From Chiloscyllium plagiosum (lineage: Eukaryota), in NCBI RefSeq assembly GCF_004010195.1, contig NC_057739.1:45514176-45578175 (forward strand): 64,000 nt of DNA, in the 5' to 3' direction. Shown here in pieces: positions 11,498-39,149 of this stretch. The position numbers and the translations under genes are program-made. Numbering within the stretch: position 1 is the stretch's first letter; the number at the start of each line of letters is the position of its first letter. The notes under the pieces were generated by a model. The model saw only the letters and a list, made by a program, of their open reading frames with translations, was not told the DNA's origin and searched no databases.

Positions 11498-11634
11498 TTC
11501 TCAGTATTTGAAGCAAAGCAGCTATGGTCTCTCTGGCTCCTGACCAATCTTCTTTTCTGTCAATTCCTCAGCGTCTCAGCTGACTTGCTTCTACTCAGTC
11601 GGTGATGGTGATGATGATGTTGTGATGATGGTGA

Positions 11635-11765
11635 TCATGATTTGGAGATGCCGGTGTTGGATTGGGGCGTACAAAGTTAAAAATCACACAGCACCAGGTA
11701 ATAATCCAACAGCTTTATTTGGAAGCACTAGCTTTCGGAGCGCTGCTCCTTCATCAGCTGGTCGA
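11635..11765 (-). mobile_element. Penelope family-A terminal repeat fragment with hammerhead core
   Basis: Matches 1225-1345; CTGATGA...GAAAGCTA intact on the minus strand, stem I mismatched. Confidence 0.8.
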
Positions 11766-11769
11766 TGGT

Positions 11770-12225
11770 GGATTGTCCAATCCTGAAACTGCAAATTCTG
11801 GCACCAAGGAGTGGCAGGGAGTGTTTGAGGAGGTGGGTGAGTGGGATGTTCCAGTTTCTGTGTGCTCTGCCCACTGCCTGTGCTTGGTTGCCACATGCTG
11901 CACACCATGACGTTCACTGTGGGTGGCACCAACACAGATGCTCCCTCTCCAGTTTGTGTATTCTGGGACACACATGTTTGTGGGATGTTACATTTGCTTA
12001 GAGACACTTTCAGGGTGTCCTTATACTATTAACTCTGCCCTCTGAGCACTTGACTGGGGAATCTTGTGTTGGGCCTGGGGACAATGTGGCCCACTCATCA
12101 CCACTCGTTGTGTGTGACTAGAGCCTGGGTATACAGGTCTGGGAGAGGACGCTCACATTGGTACACCTAACCTGCCAGTTGCTTGCTGCTACATTTGAGT
12201 TCTCCGATGTTGAATACTCTGTGTC
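11770..12225 (-). mobile_element. RTE-like LINE 3' fragment
   Basis: Minus-strand translation WRGSICVGA...KHRQWAEH resembles an RTE ORF C-terminus. Confidence 0.5.
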
Positions 12226-12489
12226 AAAATAACTATTCATGAATCAATATCACAAAAATCAATGCCACACTGCTGGCTGTGGGAGTTTGCTGTGCAAACA
12301 TTAGCTACCATGTTTTCTTCATTGCAACATCGTTACCTTTGAAGGCAACCTGAGGCTATGGAATTTGCTACTGAAATGCATGTCTTTCTTTTCTTTATCA
12401 ATCTGTTACTTCCAGGCGCCCCACAACCCTTTGGGATCCCTACACTCCTCTGATTCCAGCCAGTTCATCACAAAATCAGAGAATCATAC

Positions 12490-13270
12490 CATATCCAGTC
12501 AGAGTCATGGAGATGTTCAAAGACCCTTCGGTCCAACCCATCCATGCTGGCCAGATATCCCAACCCAATATAGTCCCACCTGCCAATACCCGCCCCATAT
12601 CTCTCCAAACCCTTCCTATTCAGATAGAAGAGGCCTTTCAGCCCATTGAGTCCACACTGACAAAAAATTACTCTAAACCTACACCAGTCCCAATTTCCAG
12701 AACCAGGCAAATAACTGAAAGTTATGACATTTCAAGAGCTTTTCCAAATACTTTTGAAACATGCTGAATTTCCTGCCTCAACTCCCCTCCCAGGCAGTGC
12801 TTTACAGATCCCCCACCCTGAAAAGGTTTTCCCTCAAATCCCCTCGAAACCGCCTACCTTTCACTTTAAAATCATGCCTCCTTTTATTGACCCTTTAACT
12901 TAGGGGAACAGCTACACTCTATTCACCCTGTCCATGCTCCTCAATCTTATAAATCTCTATCAGGTTCCCTCTCAACCTTCTCTGCTCCAAGAAAAACCAC
13001 CTGAGCTTATCCAGCCCGTCTTCATCGCTGCAATGCTCCATCCCAGGCAACATCCTGGTGAATCTGTTCTCCACCCCTCCTGTACAATCACATCCTTCCT
13101 GTAGTGCGGTGACCAGAACTGCACGCAGTGCTCCAGCAGTGGCCTAACCCAAGTCTTGTTTAGCTCTAATGTAACTTTCCTGCTCTTGTAATCTATTCCA
13201 TGACTGATAAAGACGAGTGTCCCATATGCTGCCTTATCAACTCTATTCCCTTCAGGGATCTGTGCACACC
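12490..13270 (-). mobile_element. CR1 LINE 3' fragments
   Basis: Reverse complement of the CR1 3' end (cagttctggtcaccgcactacaggaagg; catggatgggttggaccgaagg). Confidence 0.8.
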
Positions 13271-13642
13271 CCTGATATAAATGGTTCCTCCACCTGCAGA
13301 CATGCTTTCACATACCAGATCCAGAGTTCAGAAATTCCCACAGTAAACTCACTGCCTCTCCCTCTCCTCCATAAATGCCTCCCCCCGGCCCACCCAGTTG
13401 AGCTTGGGGCAGAGTGAGGTGTTGCTTTAGGTGGAGACCATTCTGAGTGGGGGGGGTGTCTGTTACAAGCAATGGCATGCAACACCAGGACAGCCAACAA
13501 TCACAGGTAGAGTTAGCCTGCCCTCTTCTGTACAGATACCATATTTCAGATCACACTTCACAGGCTTCAGACCAATTACAGAATCTCTGGAGAATAAAGT
13601 TTCCACCTCAGGATTTACCCCAATGAGGGTCAGTTTGTGAAG

Positions 13643-14010
13643 GACTGTACCCCAGTGAGAGTGAGTGTGTGTGGGAGCCGTACCCCAGTGAGAGTCAGTG
13701 TGTGTAGGACCTGTATCCCAGTGAGAGTCAGTCTGTATGGGAGCTGTACCCCAGTGAGAGTCAGTGTGTGTGGGACTGTACCCCAGTGAGAGTCAGTGTG
13801 TGTTAGAGCTGTACCCCAGTGAGAGTCAGTGCGTGTGGGAGCTGTACCCCAGTGAGAGTCAGTGTGTGTGGGACTGTACCCCAGTGAGAGTCAGTGTGTG
13901 TTAGAGCTGTACCCCAGTGAGAATCAGTGCGTGTGGGAGCTGTACCCCAGTGAGAGTCAGTATGTGTGGGACTGTACCCCAGTGAGAGTCAGTGTGTGTG
14001 GGAGCCGTAC
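13643..14010 (+). repeat. Third array of the 30-33 bp gtaccccagtgagagtcag minisatellite
   Basis: About 11 direct copies. Confidence 0.95.
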
Positions 14011-14714
14011 GTTGGTGACAGTATCTGAAAATATTTACATTTCAAAGTGAAATTCCATTCAATCTCTTCTGTTATTGTGTCAAAATCTTGGGAAAATCTA
14101 AGTGTCAGAATAGATAAAGGTTCCAGAGTCTGTGCCAGTGGAAACAGGTGAACGATTGGGGCCAATAAGAGAGCCCAAGGACCAGACAATGGGGTGAGAC
14201 CTTACTAATTTCCAAGGTAAATAATTTCTCCAGCAGCTGCAGCCAGGGGTCTGGAGTTCAGGAAATGTTGCATTTACCAGGAGGCGGCTTTATGCTGAGA
14301 TAACAGCTGTGTCCTGATCCACTCTGTTATTCCGCACTCTATTTCACATCCCAGGACCAGCCGAGAATTCCATAAACATAATCTGTCTCCAGCTCACTCT
14401 CAAAAACATTTCCCTCCTGATTAGGAATCACCTTGGATGGAGTTATTAAACTCCTAGTGTGATAGGGCACAGCCTAATGCTACAACAGGTCACATTTTTA
14501 CTTTCCCTCATGAATAAACCAAAACTGCTGACATTTTGTGGAAAACACGCTCATCCAACCTGTATTAAAACCTTGTATACCAGACTCTGAGGTAGGGACA
14601 CACAACCTGAAACGTTAATTCAGATTTCTCTCCATAGATGCTGAGTTTTTCGAACAATTCCTGTTTTTGTCTCTGAATACCGTCTTGCTGTTGTTCTGGA
14701 CCAACAGTTTTACA

Positions 14715-15490
14715 GTCAGAGAGTCATAGAGATGTACAGCATGGAAACAGATCCTTTGGTCCAACTCATCCATGCCAACCAAATATCCTAAATTAATTTA
14801 GTCCCATTTGCCAGCACTTAGCCCATATCCCTTCCTATTCATATACCAATCCTGATGCCTTTTAAATGTTGTAATTATACCAGCCTCCACCACTTCCTCT
14901 GGCAGCTCATTCCATACACACACCACCCTTTGCATGAAAAAGTTGCCCCTGAGGATCTTTTTAAATCTATCTCCTCTCACCCTAAACCTATGCCCTTTAG
15001 TTTTGGACGCCCCCACTCCAAGGAAAGACCTTTTCTCTTTACCCTATCCATGTCCCTCATGATTTTATAAACCTCTATAAGGTCAGTCCTCAGCCTCCGA
15101 TGCTCCAGGGAAAACAGCCCTCGCCTATTCAGCCTCTCCCTATAGCTCAAACTCTTCAACCCTGGCAACATCCTTTTAAATCTTTTCTGAACTCTTTCAA
15201 GTTTCACAACATCTTCCCGATAGGAAGGAGACCAGAATTGCACACAATATTCCTACAGCGGCCTAACCAATGTCCTGTACAGCCACAACATGACCTCCCA
15301 ACTCCTGAACTCAATACTCTGACCAATAAAGGAAAGCATACCAAACACCTTCTTCACTATCCTATCCCCTGAGATTCCACATTCAATGAGCTACGATCCT
15401 GCACTCGAAGGTCTCTTTGTTCAGTGACACTCTTCATGGCCTTACCATTAAGTGTACAGGTCCAGCCCTGATTTGCCTTTCCGAAATAAG
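14715..15490 (-). mobile_element. CR1 LINE (HER1-like) 3' end
   Basis: ORFs QFWSPSYREDVVKLERVQKRF and NFFMQRVVCVWNELPEEVV; tctatgactc tail. Confidence 0.9.
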
Positions 15491-15834
15491 CACTGCCAAG
15501 TTCTGCAAAACAAGCTGCTAGAAACATGGCTTGGCCTAGAGCCTCAGTACATTGTCTATAGAGGAGACAGTTCCAGATTGTCACTCCCATTTGTGTGAGG
15601 AAATGCTTCCTAGCATTATCGTTGACCATCGCAGCTCAGATGTTAAGTTCCTGACCCTTCTTCTGGGCTCTTTCCACCAGAGGGAAGAGTTTAGCCCCAC
15701 CAGTCTGATAAAATCTTTCTGTCATTTTAAATTTATCAACAAAATCCTACAGAACTTCATAGTGAGCAGATAATTAGACTTCTGGGCAATTTGAAATTAA
15801 ACAGTAATCCCTTACAGTAAGATTCTTCTAAAAT

Positions 15835-17858
15835 CCACACCCCTCACTGTGACACCCTGATATACCCCACACCCCTCACTGTGTCACCCTGATACATCCC
15901 ACACCCCTCACCATGACACCCTGATATGTCACACACCCCTCACTGTAATACTCTGATATTTCACACACTCCTCACTGTAACACTCTGATATACCCCTCAG
16001 ATTAACATTCTGATATATCCCACACCGTGACACCCTGATAGGTCACACACCCCTCACAGTAACATTCTGTATCCCACAGCCCTCACTGTAACACTCTGTA
16101 TCCAAAACCCCTCATTGTAACACTCTGATATACCCCACACCCCTCACCATGAAACCCTGATATGTCACACACCCCTCACTGTAATACTCTGATATACCTC
16201 ACACCCCTCAGATTAACATTCTGATATATGCCACACCGTGACACCCTGATAGGTCACACACCCCTCACTGTGACACTCTGATATTCCCCACACCACTCGC
16301 TGTGACACCATGATATACCCCACAGCCCTCACAGTCACACACTAATATACCCCACACACCCTCACTGTTTCACCCTGATATACCACACATCCCTCGCAGT
16401 GCCACTCTGATTTGTCCCACACCCATCGCTGTAACACCCTGATATATCCCACAACCCTCACTGTGACAGTCTGATATACCCCACACCCCTCAGATTAACA
16501 TTCTGATATACCCCACACCCCTCACCGTGACACCTGATAGGTCATACACCCCTCACTATAACACTCTATATCCCACACCCCTCACTGTAACACTCTGATA
16601 TTTCACACACCCCTCATTGTAACATTCTGAAAGACCCTTCAGCCCTCACCTGATCTGTCCTCGCACCGTCACTGTGTCACCCTGATACACTGTACACCCT
16701 CACTGTAACACTCTGATATACCCCACCCCCCTCACCACACTGTCACACCCTGATATGTCCCACACCCCTCACTGTCACACCCTGATATATCCCACCCCCC
16801 TCACTGTGTCACCCTGATATACCCCACCCTCCTCACTGTGTCACCCTGATATACCTCACACCCCTCACTGTAACACTGATATACCCTACACGCCTCACTG
16901 TAACACTGATATACCCCACACCCCTCACTGTAACGCACTGATATACCCCACAGCCCTCACGGTAACACTCTGATATACCCCACACCCCTCACTGTAACAC
17001 NNNNNNNNNNNNNNNNNNNNNNNNNNNNNNNNNNNNNNNNNNNNNNNNNNNNNNNNNNNNNNNNNNNNNNNNNNNNNNNNNNNNNNNNNNNNNNNNNNNN
17101 NNNNNNNNNNNNNNNNNNNNNNNNNNNNNNNNNNNNNNNNNNNNNNNNNNNNNNNNNNNNNNNNNNNNNNNNNNNNNNNNNNNNNNNNNNNNNNNNNNNN
17201 NNNNNNNNNNNNNNNNNNNNNNNNNNNNNNNNNNNNNNNNNNNNNNNNNNNNNNNNNNNNNNNNNNNNNNNNNNNNNNNNNNNNNNNNNNNNNNNNNNNN
17301 NNNNNNNNNNNNNNNNNNNNNNNNNNNNNNNNNNNNNNNNNNNNNNNNNNNNNNNNNNNNNNNNNNNNNNNNTCCTGATATACCCCACACACCCTCACCG
17401 TGACACTCTGAAATACCCCACACCCCTCACTGTAACACCCTGATATATCCCACACCCCTCACCATGACAACCTGATATGTCACACACCCCTCACTGTAAT
17501 ACTCTGATAATTCACACACTCCTCACTGTAACACTCTGATTTACCCCTCAGCCCTTATTTTAAAATCCTGATATGTCCTCACACCCCTCACTGTGTCACC
17601 CTGATACACTGTACACCCTCACTGTAACACACTGATATACCCCACACCCCTCACTGTAACACACTGATATACCCCACACCCCTCACTGAAACACACTGAT
17701 ATACCCCACAACCCTCACCACACTGTCACACTCTGATATACCCCACACCCGTCACGGTAAAACCCTGATATACCCCACACCCTCATTGTAACACCCTGAT
17801 ATACCGTTCACTCCTCACTGTCAAACTCTGATATGTTGCACACCCCCCACTCTAACAA
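15835..17858. repeat. 33-35 bp satellite (acccctcactgtaacactctgatataccccac) spanning an assembly gap
   Basis: Dozens of diverged copies on both sides of the N run. Confidence 0.95.
17001..17372. other. Assembly gap (372 N)
   Basis: Run of N. Confidence 1.
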
Positions 17859-18085
17859 GGGAAAGTGAGGACTGCACAGACTGAAGATCAGAGTCGAAAA
17901 GTGTGGTGCTAGAAAAACACAGCAGGTCAGGCAGCATCCGAGGAGCAGGAGAGTCAACATTTCAGGCATAAGTCCTTCATCAGGAATGTGACACTCTCAT
18001 AAAGGACTTATGCCCAAAACATCGACTCTTCTGCTCCTCAGATGTTGCCTTTCCTGCTGTGCTTTCCAGCACCACATTTGTTGAC
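17858..18085. mobile_element. Short fold-back Penelope family-B element
   Basis: gggaaagtgaggactgc...gtgtggtgctagaaaaac / gctttccagcaccacat inverted arms; two degenerate hammerhead cores. Confidence 0.8.
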
Positions 18086-18449
18086 CCTCACTGTAACACT
18101 CTGACAGGGCTTTGTTATAGCCCCTCGAGGGTAGTGTTCATCACTCCCTAAAAATTTTAATTTTTTCTTTCCTGTGTCTAAGTAGAAAGTTTTTCATCCT
18201 CCAGACTGATGGTTTCTTTATTTCCCCTGTTTATTGGTCAGCGCAGAGTGCTCATCCATGATCTAGTGCTGTATCACAGTCTGTTTCTGTTCCTGCCAAA
18301 CTTGCTAAGTAATGCCTTGTCAGAAATAAATGCTAACCCTCCCTGGCTACTGTGGCAGGACATCCCAAAGTGTTGTGATTCAGTCATTTGGCTGGTTTTC
18401 TTGAAAGCCAATGTTAATGAGCTATGGGTTTCTATGTGTTAGCCAAATG

Positions 18450-19835
18450 AACATAAATAGGAGTGAGGTAAGGTATGGCCGATCTTTTCATGGACCCAGC
18501 TCTACTTACCCTGCTCACCGTAACCACTAATTCCTTTACTATTCAAAAATTTATCTTTGCCTGAAAAACATTGAGGAAGCTTCAAATGCTTCACTGGGCA
18601 CAGAATTCCACAGATTCACAACCTGTTGGGAGAAGAAGTTCCTCCTCAACTCAGCCGTAAATCTGCTTCCTCTAATTTTGAGGCTACGTCCTCATTGTCC
18701 TAGTTACACCCACCGGTGGAAACATCCGCTCTACTTCTATCTTATCTATTCCCTTCATAATTTTAAATGTTTTCATAAGATCTCTCCTCATTCTTCTAAA
18801 TTCCAATGAGTATAATCCCAGTCTACTCAGTCTCTCCTCATAAGCCAACCCCATCAACTCTGGAATCAACCTAGTGAACCTCCTCTTCACCCCCTCCAGT
18901 GCCAGGACTTCTTTTCTCAAGTAATGAGACTAAAACTGTACACAGTACTCCAGGTGTGGCCTCACCAGCACTCTATACAGCTGCAACATGACCTCCCTAG
19001 TTTTAAACTCCATCCCTCTAGCAATAAAGGACAATATTCCATTTACCTTTTAATTTCCTGCTGCAGCTGCAAACCAACTTTTTGTGATTCATGCACAGGG
19101 ACACCCAGGTCCCTCTGCACAGCACCATGCTGCAATTTAAATAATAGTCCATTTTGCTGTTATTTGTACCAAAATGGATGACCTCATATTTACCAACATT
19201 GTGCTCCATCTGTGAGACTCTTGTCCACTCACTTAACTGATCTGTATCCCTCTGCAGACTTTCACTGTCCTCTGTACAGTTTGCTTAAACACCTATCTTA
19301 ATGTCATCTGTGAACCTTGACACACCACACTTGGTCCCCACCTCTAAACTATCTCTGTAAATTATAAACAATTGCAATCTCAACACTGATCTCTGAGACA
19401 CACCACTAGCCACTAATTGCCAATCAGAAGAACACCCATTTATCCCCAATCTGCTTTCTGTTAGTTAACCAATCCTCTATCTATGCTACTACTTTGCCCA
19501 CCATGCACTGTTATGTTTTGCAGGAGCCTTTTGTGTGGCACCTTGTCAAATGTCTTTTGGAAATCTACCATATCCACTAGTTCCATTGTCCACCCCACCC
19601 ACTCATAATGTCCTTGAAGAGTTCCAGTAAATTAGTTAAACATGACCTAACTTTCATGAATTCTTGCTGTGTCTGCCTGATGGGACAATTTCTATCCAGA
19701 TGTCTCGTTATTTCTTCCTTGATTATAGCTTCAAGCTTTTGCCCCACTACAGACATTATGCTAACGGGCCTATAGTTACCCACCTTTTGTCCACCTCCTT
19801 TTTTAAATTGTGGTGTCACATTTCTGTTTTCCATG
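18450..19835 (-). mobile_element. CR1-clade LINE RT 3' half
   Basis: ORFs GNYRPVSIMSVVG, RSCLTNLLELF, ALEGVKRRFTRLIPEL. Confidence 0.9.
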
Positions 19836-20699
19836 ACTCATTTGGAGGCACATTCTCTCGCATCCAAGCTCAGAGGTTGAGCGTTCAAGTTCCACTCCAC
19901 AGCCAAATTTACAATGACATTCTTGATGCGGTATACACACAAGGGATGTGAGTCAAAGACATTGGGTGTTTGAGGTTACAAAGATGGTGAGGATCATGCT
20001 GCATTTGAAGTAGTGCTGTGAACAGCTGTAATCTGTGTGTTATAAAAAGGAGATGGAAGCACCTGGAGAAGATGGAACATGATTTCTGCAGCAGAGATTC
20101 TGAACTGAAATGAACAAGCTGACCTCCCTTGAAAGGTGACATGATAGAGACATTCAGAATTTTGAAAGGGATTGACAAGGTGACCATGGAACAATTCTTT
20201 CCACGTAAATTGTGGGGAGGCCTAAACTATGGTCATCAATACCGTCAAGTCCAGTAGGTAATTTGGTTATTTAACCCAGAGCGTGTGAGAACTTGCTGCA
20301 GTATGGTTGATGTGAATGTACATTTGAGGGATAACAGGTGAGGAAAAAATACAAGGGAAGTAGATGGGTTGTGTGAAATATGGACTTACAGCCCATTTCA
20401 CTTTGTCAACAGCATAAACACAATCATTTTCCGGTCCCTTTAGTTCTGAAGAGATCATTGGACTCAAAACTTTAATTCCGTTTTTCTATCTCTGCGGCCA
20501 GAACTGCTTTTGACAGCATTTTTAGTTTTTAATTTTGGTTTCACTGCATAATACAGTCGAGATAAAAACTGCAAGGCCATAGACCTGCATTTCCCCAGCA
20601 GGAAACAACCAAATTTCTCAAGCTTTAGTTTTATTGAAGGGGTCCATTCTCACGGATAAGCTCCACATGTTTTACTCGTTATTGGAGATAGTGCACTTT

Positions 20700-20997
20700 C
20701 ACATCTGCCATCTTACCGGAAGTTCCTTATTTACTCTCCAAATAGATTTTTGGAATAGAAAACACTGTTGTTGGAGTCGGGAGGGGGTTGTCCTGACTCT
20801 AGACACTGGGTTTTGAGACTCTGATTCAAATCAGTACGTTAAATTACGTTTTAGTTTCTCGTTTGGTGGTTAGGTTAAAAAGTCCGGAAGTGTTGTCATT
20901 TTTTATTTCCGGTTACTGGTGGCCCACGTGCTTGACCCGGAAGTACCGTTGTTATACTCGATTCTAATCGGATCGGATCGACTCCGGCTCCATCTCC
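20700..20997. promoter_or_regulatory. TATA-less SURF2 promoter with bidirectional-type motifs
   Basis: ETS/GABP CCGGAAGT at 20716-20723, 20884-20891 and 20937-20944 (plus a reverse CCGGAAAT at about 20905-20912); E-box CACGTG 20925-20930; YY1-like GCCATCTT 20707-20714; local CpG enrichment. Confidence 0.75.
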
Positions 20998-26696
<5,699 letters not shown>

Positions 26697-29600
26697 CTGA
26701 AAACTGGAAATCAGAACTAACCCTGGGAACAACTTAGCCATTTGGTCGCCTGGTACAATGTGCTGAGTAGTTACTGTACAGTTTCAATTTGTATCTGTGT
26801 AGGGAGTAAAGCATACCTGAAACAGTAAAGCTGTGAGCATCTTTGAACCTCTTGTTCAACTGTAACCTTGAGTCCTTCCATCTCCTCTGTTAACAATGTT
26901 GACTCACACAAGGATGCAGGCTACAAAACTATTTCTATAACTTGGTATCATAGCCATATGTACCCAAGAGGATAATCAAACAAAACTTGATGCTGCAGAG
27001 GAGATATTAGGACAGGTGACCAAAAGTCTTAGTCAAAGAGAGAACTTCCAAGCTGGCACACTAATTGAAATTTGAGCTTGTTCAAGGCTGGGTTGGAGTA
27101 ACGCGGGTGAGGGTTGTGGGGCCGGAATTGAAAATTGAATTTCAAAACTTGTATGAGAATTTTAAAATTGGCTCTGAGTGAAGCAATGCTTCAGTGTTGG
27201 TTAGTGAGTTGGGTGCTGGCTCAATGTAATGTGATAGAAGTTAGAATGTTGGCAGCAGAATTCTGGTTCTGATGTCAGTACCACCGGATGTAAATGTAAC
27301 CAGAGGGTTTCAACTTGCACTTCATAGCAGTGATGGGATCAAGGACCATGGTTCATGTCCTACCTCTGTAGAGAGGTAGACCAATGCCTGGCTCAGAGTA
27401 AGTGAGCACAGCTGAGGCTGAGATAACAATTTTTTTCTGCTAGAAGATTCCATAATGATTGAGTCAAGGTTTTACTTTCATTTCTGAACACATGTAAAGC
27501 TGATCTTTATTACCCATTCATAGTGGCACTTACACCTAGGTTTTGATGCAGCAATATGGGAATGGTGCCTCTATCTGGGTGAAGAGGCTAATATGTGGAA
27601 GGGGTATTTGGAAGTATTCTGTGCTGTAGGCTGCTGAGCTTGCCAGTTGCTGTCTTGCATCTGCTAATCCAGCAGACAACAGAACAAATCCCACTACCTC
27701 GGTTGAAAAACAACTGGTATGAATGCAACAATGCAGAGGGGGTGCAGGGAAATTCACAGCTTTTATTTAACAACAAACTCAACAGCACAATTTTCAGAAG
27801 AGAACAAAGGTTCCTGGAATTTTGCACTAATAGTTACCCAATGGTCTGGAGCTGCTGTGGCCACAACAGCAGTAAGAGCTTGCCTCCACTCCAGTGACCT
27901 TGTACTCTACATGTGAACATTTTTAAAGGAAAAAAAAGCTGTGTAAACACGTTCCCAGCAGAAATGCAGGTACGCTCTGTACCACCCCTCCCTCCTCCCA
28001 ATCAGGCACATCGACTAATACTGACAGTTATTGCACTGAGCGGCTTCAGAATGAGTCCATCGTTATTGCTGTTTATATAAATTATTTTCTATCCCTCCTC
28101 TCTTGAAGTGAACTTTGTCAGGAATTTCCAGTCCATTGGATGCTGGCTGTTTATTTCAGCTTTTCAATTGCAGAGGACATCACAGTCTAGTTTGACCCTT
28201 GTGTTTCACACAATTCCATGCAAGAGTCACAGTGAGGAGGAGAGGTGAGGCCTGGGGTGCCTGAACATTTTGAAAATATTTCTGTTTGAAACAGAAACAA
28301 CTTGTATAGGGACCAGCCATGAAGTGTCACCCATTTCTGCCACTGTGCAGGGTCTACTAAACCTAGCAGAATACCAAGATGCAACGTCAAGGGAAAGATA
28401 AATAATGCAACCACTTTTAAAAACAGGAAGCAGACCTTAACATATTTTTGAAAATTACAGCCACAGCAAGATTAATTTTGAAACAGGAATATTCAGTGGC
28501 AGTATATGTTAATACCAAATCCATCAATAACATGATCAGCAATCCACTGCAAAATTAACTTGGAAATGTAGGTCATTCACTCTCACACTACACTCTGCAC
28601 TTTGTGATGGTGGTGGCAGTGATATTCAGCATTATCCTCCTTATAGAAGGGACTGGCTCTGTCTGGCAGTTTCCACACATATCTCAAGCAACAAGGGCAC
28701 TCTATGAGCCTGAAGAGTGATGGATAGGTATTACGATATGGTAGATGGGAATCAAGCTGAACCTAGTAAACACATTAATTACACACGAGCATGCTTTTAC
28801 TCGCGTGCACAATTGGATGAGGACCTAAAATCTGAGTCAGTTTCCCCTTCTTAACCCTCAGTGATTATCAAAGCAACAACTCCAATCACATACCTCCACC
28901 TACACACTGGGGAAATCAAACCCCAGTCCTTTCAGAATCACCTGGCACATACATCAACTACACAGGCAGTTTGTACTAGCCACTTTTAAACATCTAGCAA
29001 GAGGGTTCTGGGTCTTGGTAACAGCCTTTGGGAATGTCTGTCCCATGATCTCAGCATCTACTTATATCTGAGATCAGTAAAGGTTACAGAAACTGCATTC
29101 GCAGAGAAAGGATGAACAACACTAGGAGTTGATCCTCAGCTGGTAGTTTGGACAGACAGAGCCTGGGAGGGATTTTAATCAATAAGGGTACCTCATTTTG
29201 GCACAACTTAGTGTTAGAGAACATAACCATTTTTAGTGAAATGTAATTAAATAAGGAGTTATAATAGCTACAAGTTGACTCATGAGAGTAGGAAAATATT
29301 CCAATTCCTTTCCTCCTGGGACAAGAATATGCAAAGAGAACTAACTCTACACAGTAGCAGGAACCTGAACTGGGGCTTCATTTTAACTTTGTTTTATTTT
29401 AAAGAGGCTAAGTTAATTCTTTAATACATAGCCAGTGTCAAAAGTCTGAACCTGAAATACTTTACTGTTGGGACATTGTAAATTTACAATTGTCTTTTAT
29501 CTCTGAAAGCCAAAAGAAGGCTGTGTTTTGTGAAGTTACCAATGAGCAGTGGAGCATTACATGCCCTGAATGAGAATGCATTGAAATCTGGGTAAAAGTA

Positions 29601-29724
29601 CATACTGTAAACTGTACAAAACAGTGGGGAAGGATGGTTGATAAGGAAGAGGGATGAAAGGTGGTGGTTGTGGGAAGAGGAAGGCGGATGGAGGGTGGCA
29701 GCAGTTTTGAAGATGGTACACCAA

Positions 29725-38843
<9,119 letters not shown>

Positions 38844-39149
38844 TTCGCCTTCCCGCCGCCCGGCCGCCGGAACTGTGGGCCGCACGTCTACTCACACCAT
38901 CAGAGGGCGGAGCCTCACCGTCTCCCACAACACACCGCGCCGCCACGTCGGCGGCTGGGGGGCGGGACCACCCCTGCAGACGGTGATGGTCTCGGTCAAG
39001 GGGCGGGGCTAGGTCAGACGGAGGGACGAGATGGGAGGCGGGGCTAGATGGCGAACTGCGTGGGACAAAGGTCAGGGGGGCGGAGCTAGATCAGGGCGCA
39101 TGACTTGATCACGGGGCGGGGCTAAAACAGGGGCGGAGCTAGAGGCTGG

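Larger units (their letters stand above)
5460..14450 (-). pseudogene. Candidate decayed multi-exon gene or spliced lncRNA of unknown identity
   Basis: Several minus-strand GT-AG introns of 72-124 nt (5565-5636, 9551-9674, 14130-14205); long reading frames broken by isolated stops (8171-8973, 7190-7469); no recognisable homology. Confidence 0.35.

Noticed and set aside
16925-17455. Long ORFs containing X
   Set aside because: Artefacts of the N gap
7585-17858. CRISPR-like appearance of several 30-60 bp arrays
   Set aside because: Head-to-tail units without unique spacers, no cas genes, vertebrate context
18209-18442. Hydrophobic 77-aa ORF considered as a SURF1 or other exon
   Set aside because: No SURF1 motifs, no convincing splice sites, and the opposite-strand frame examined is closed
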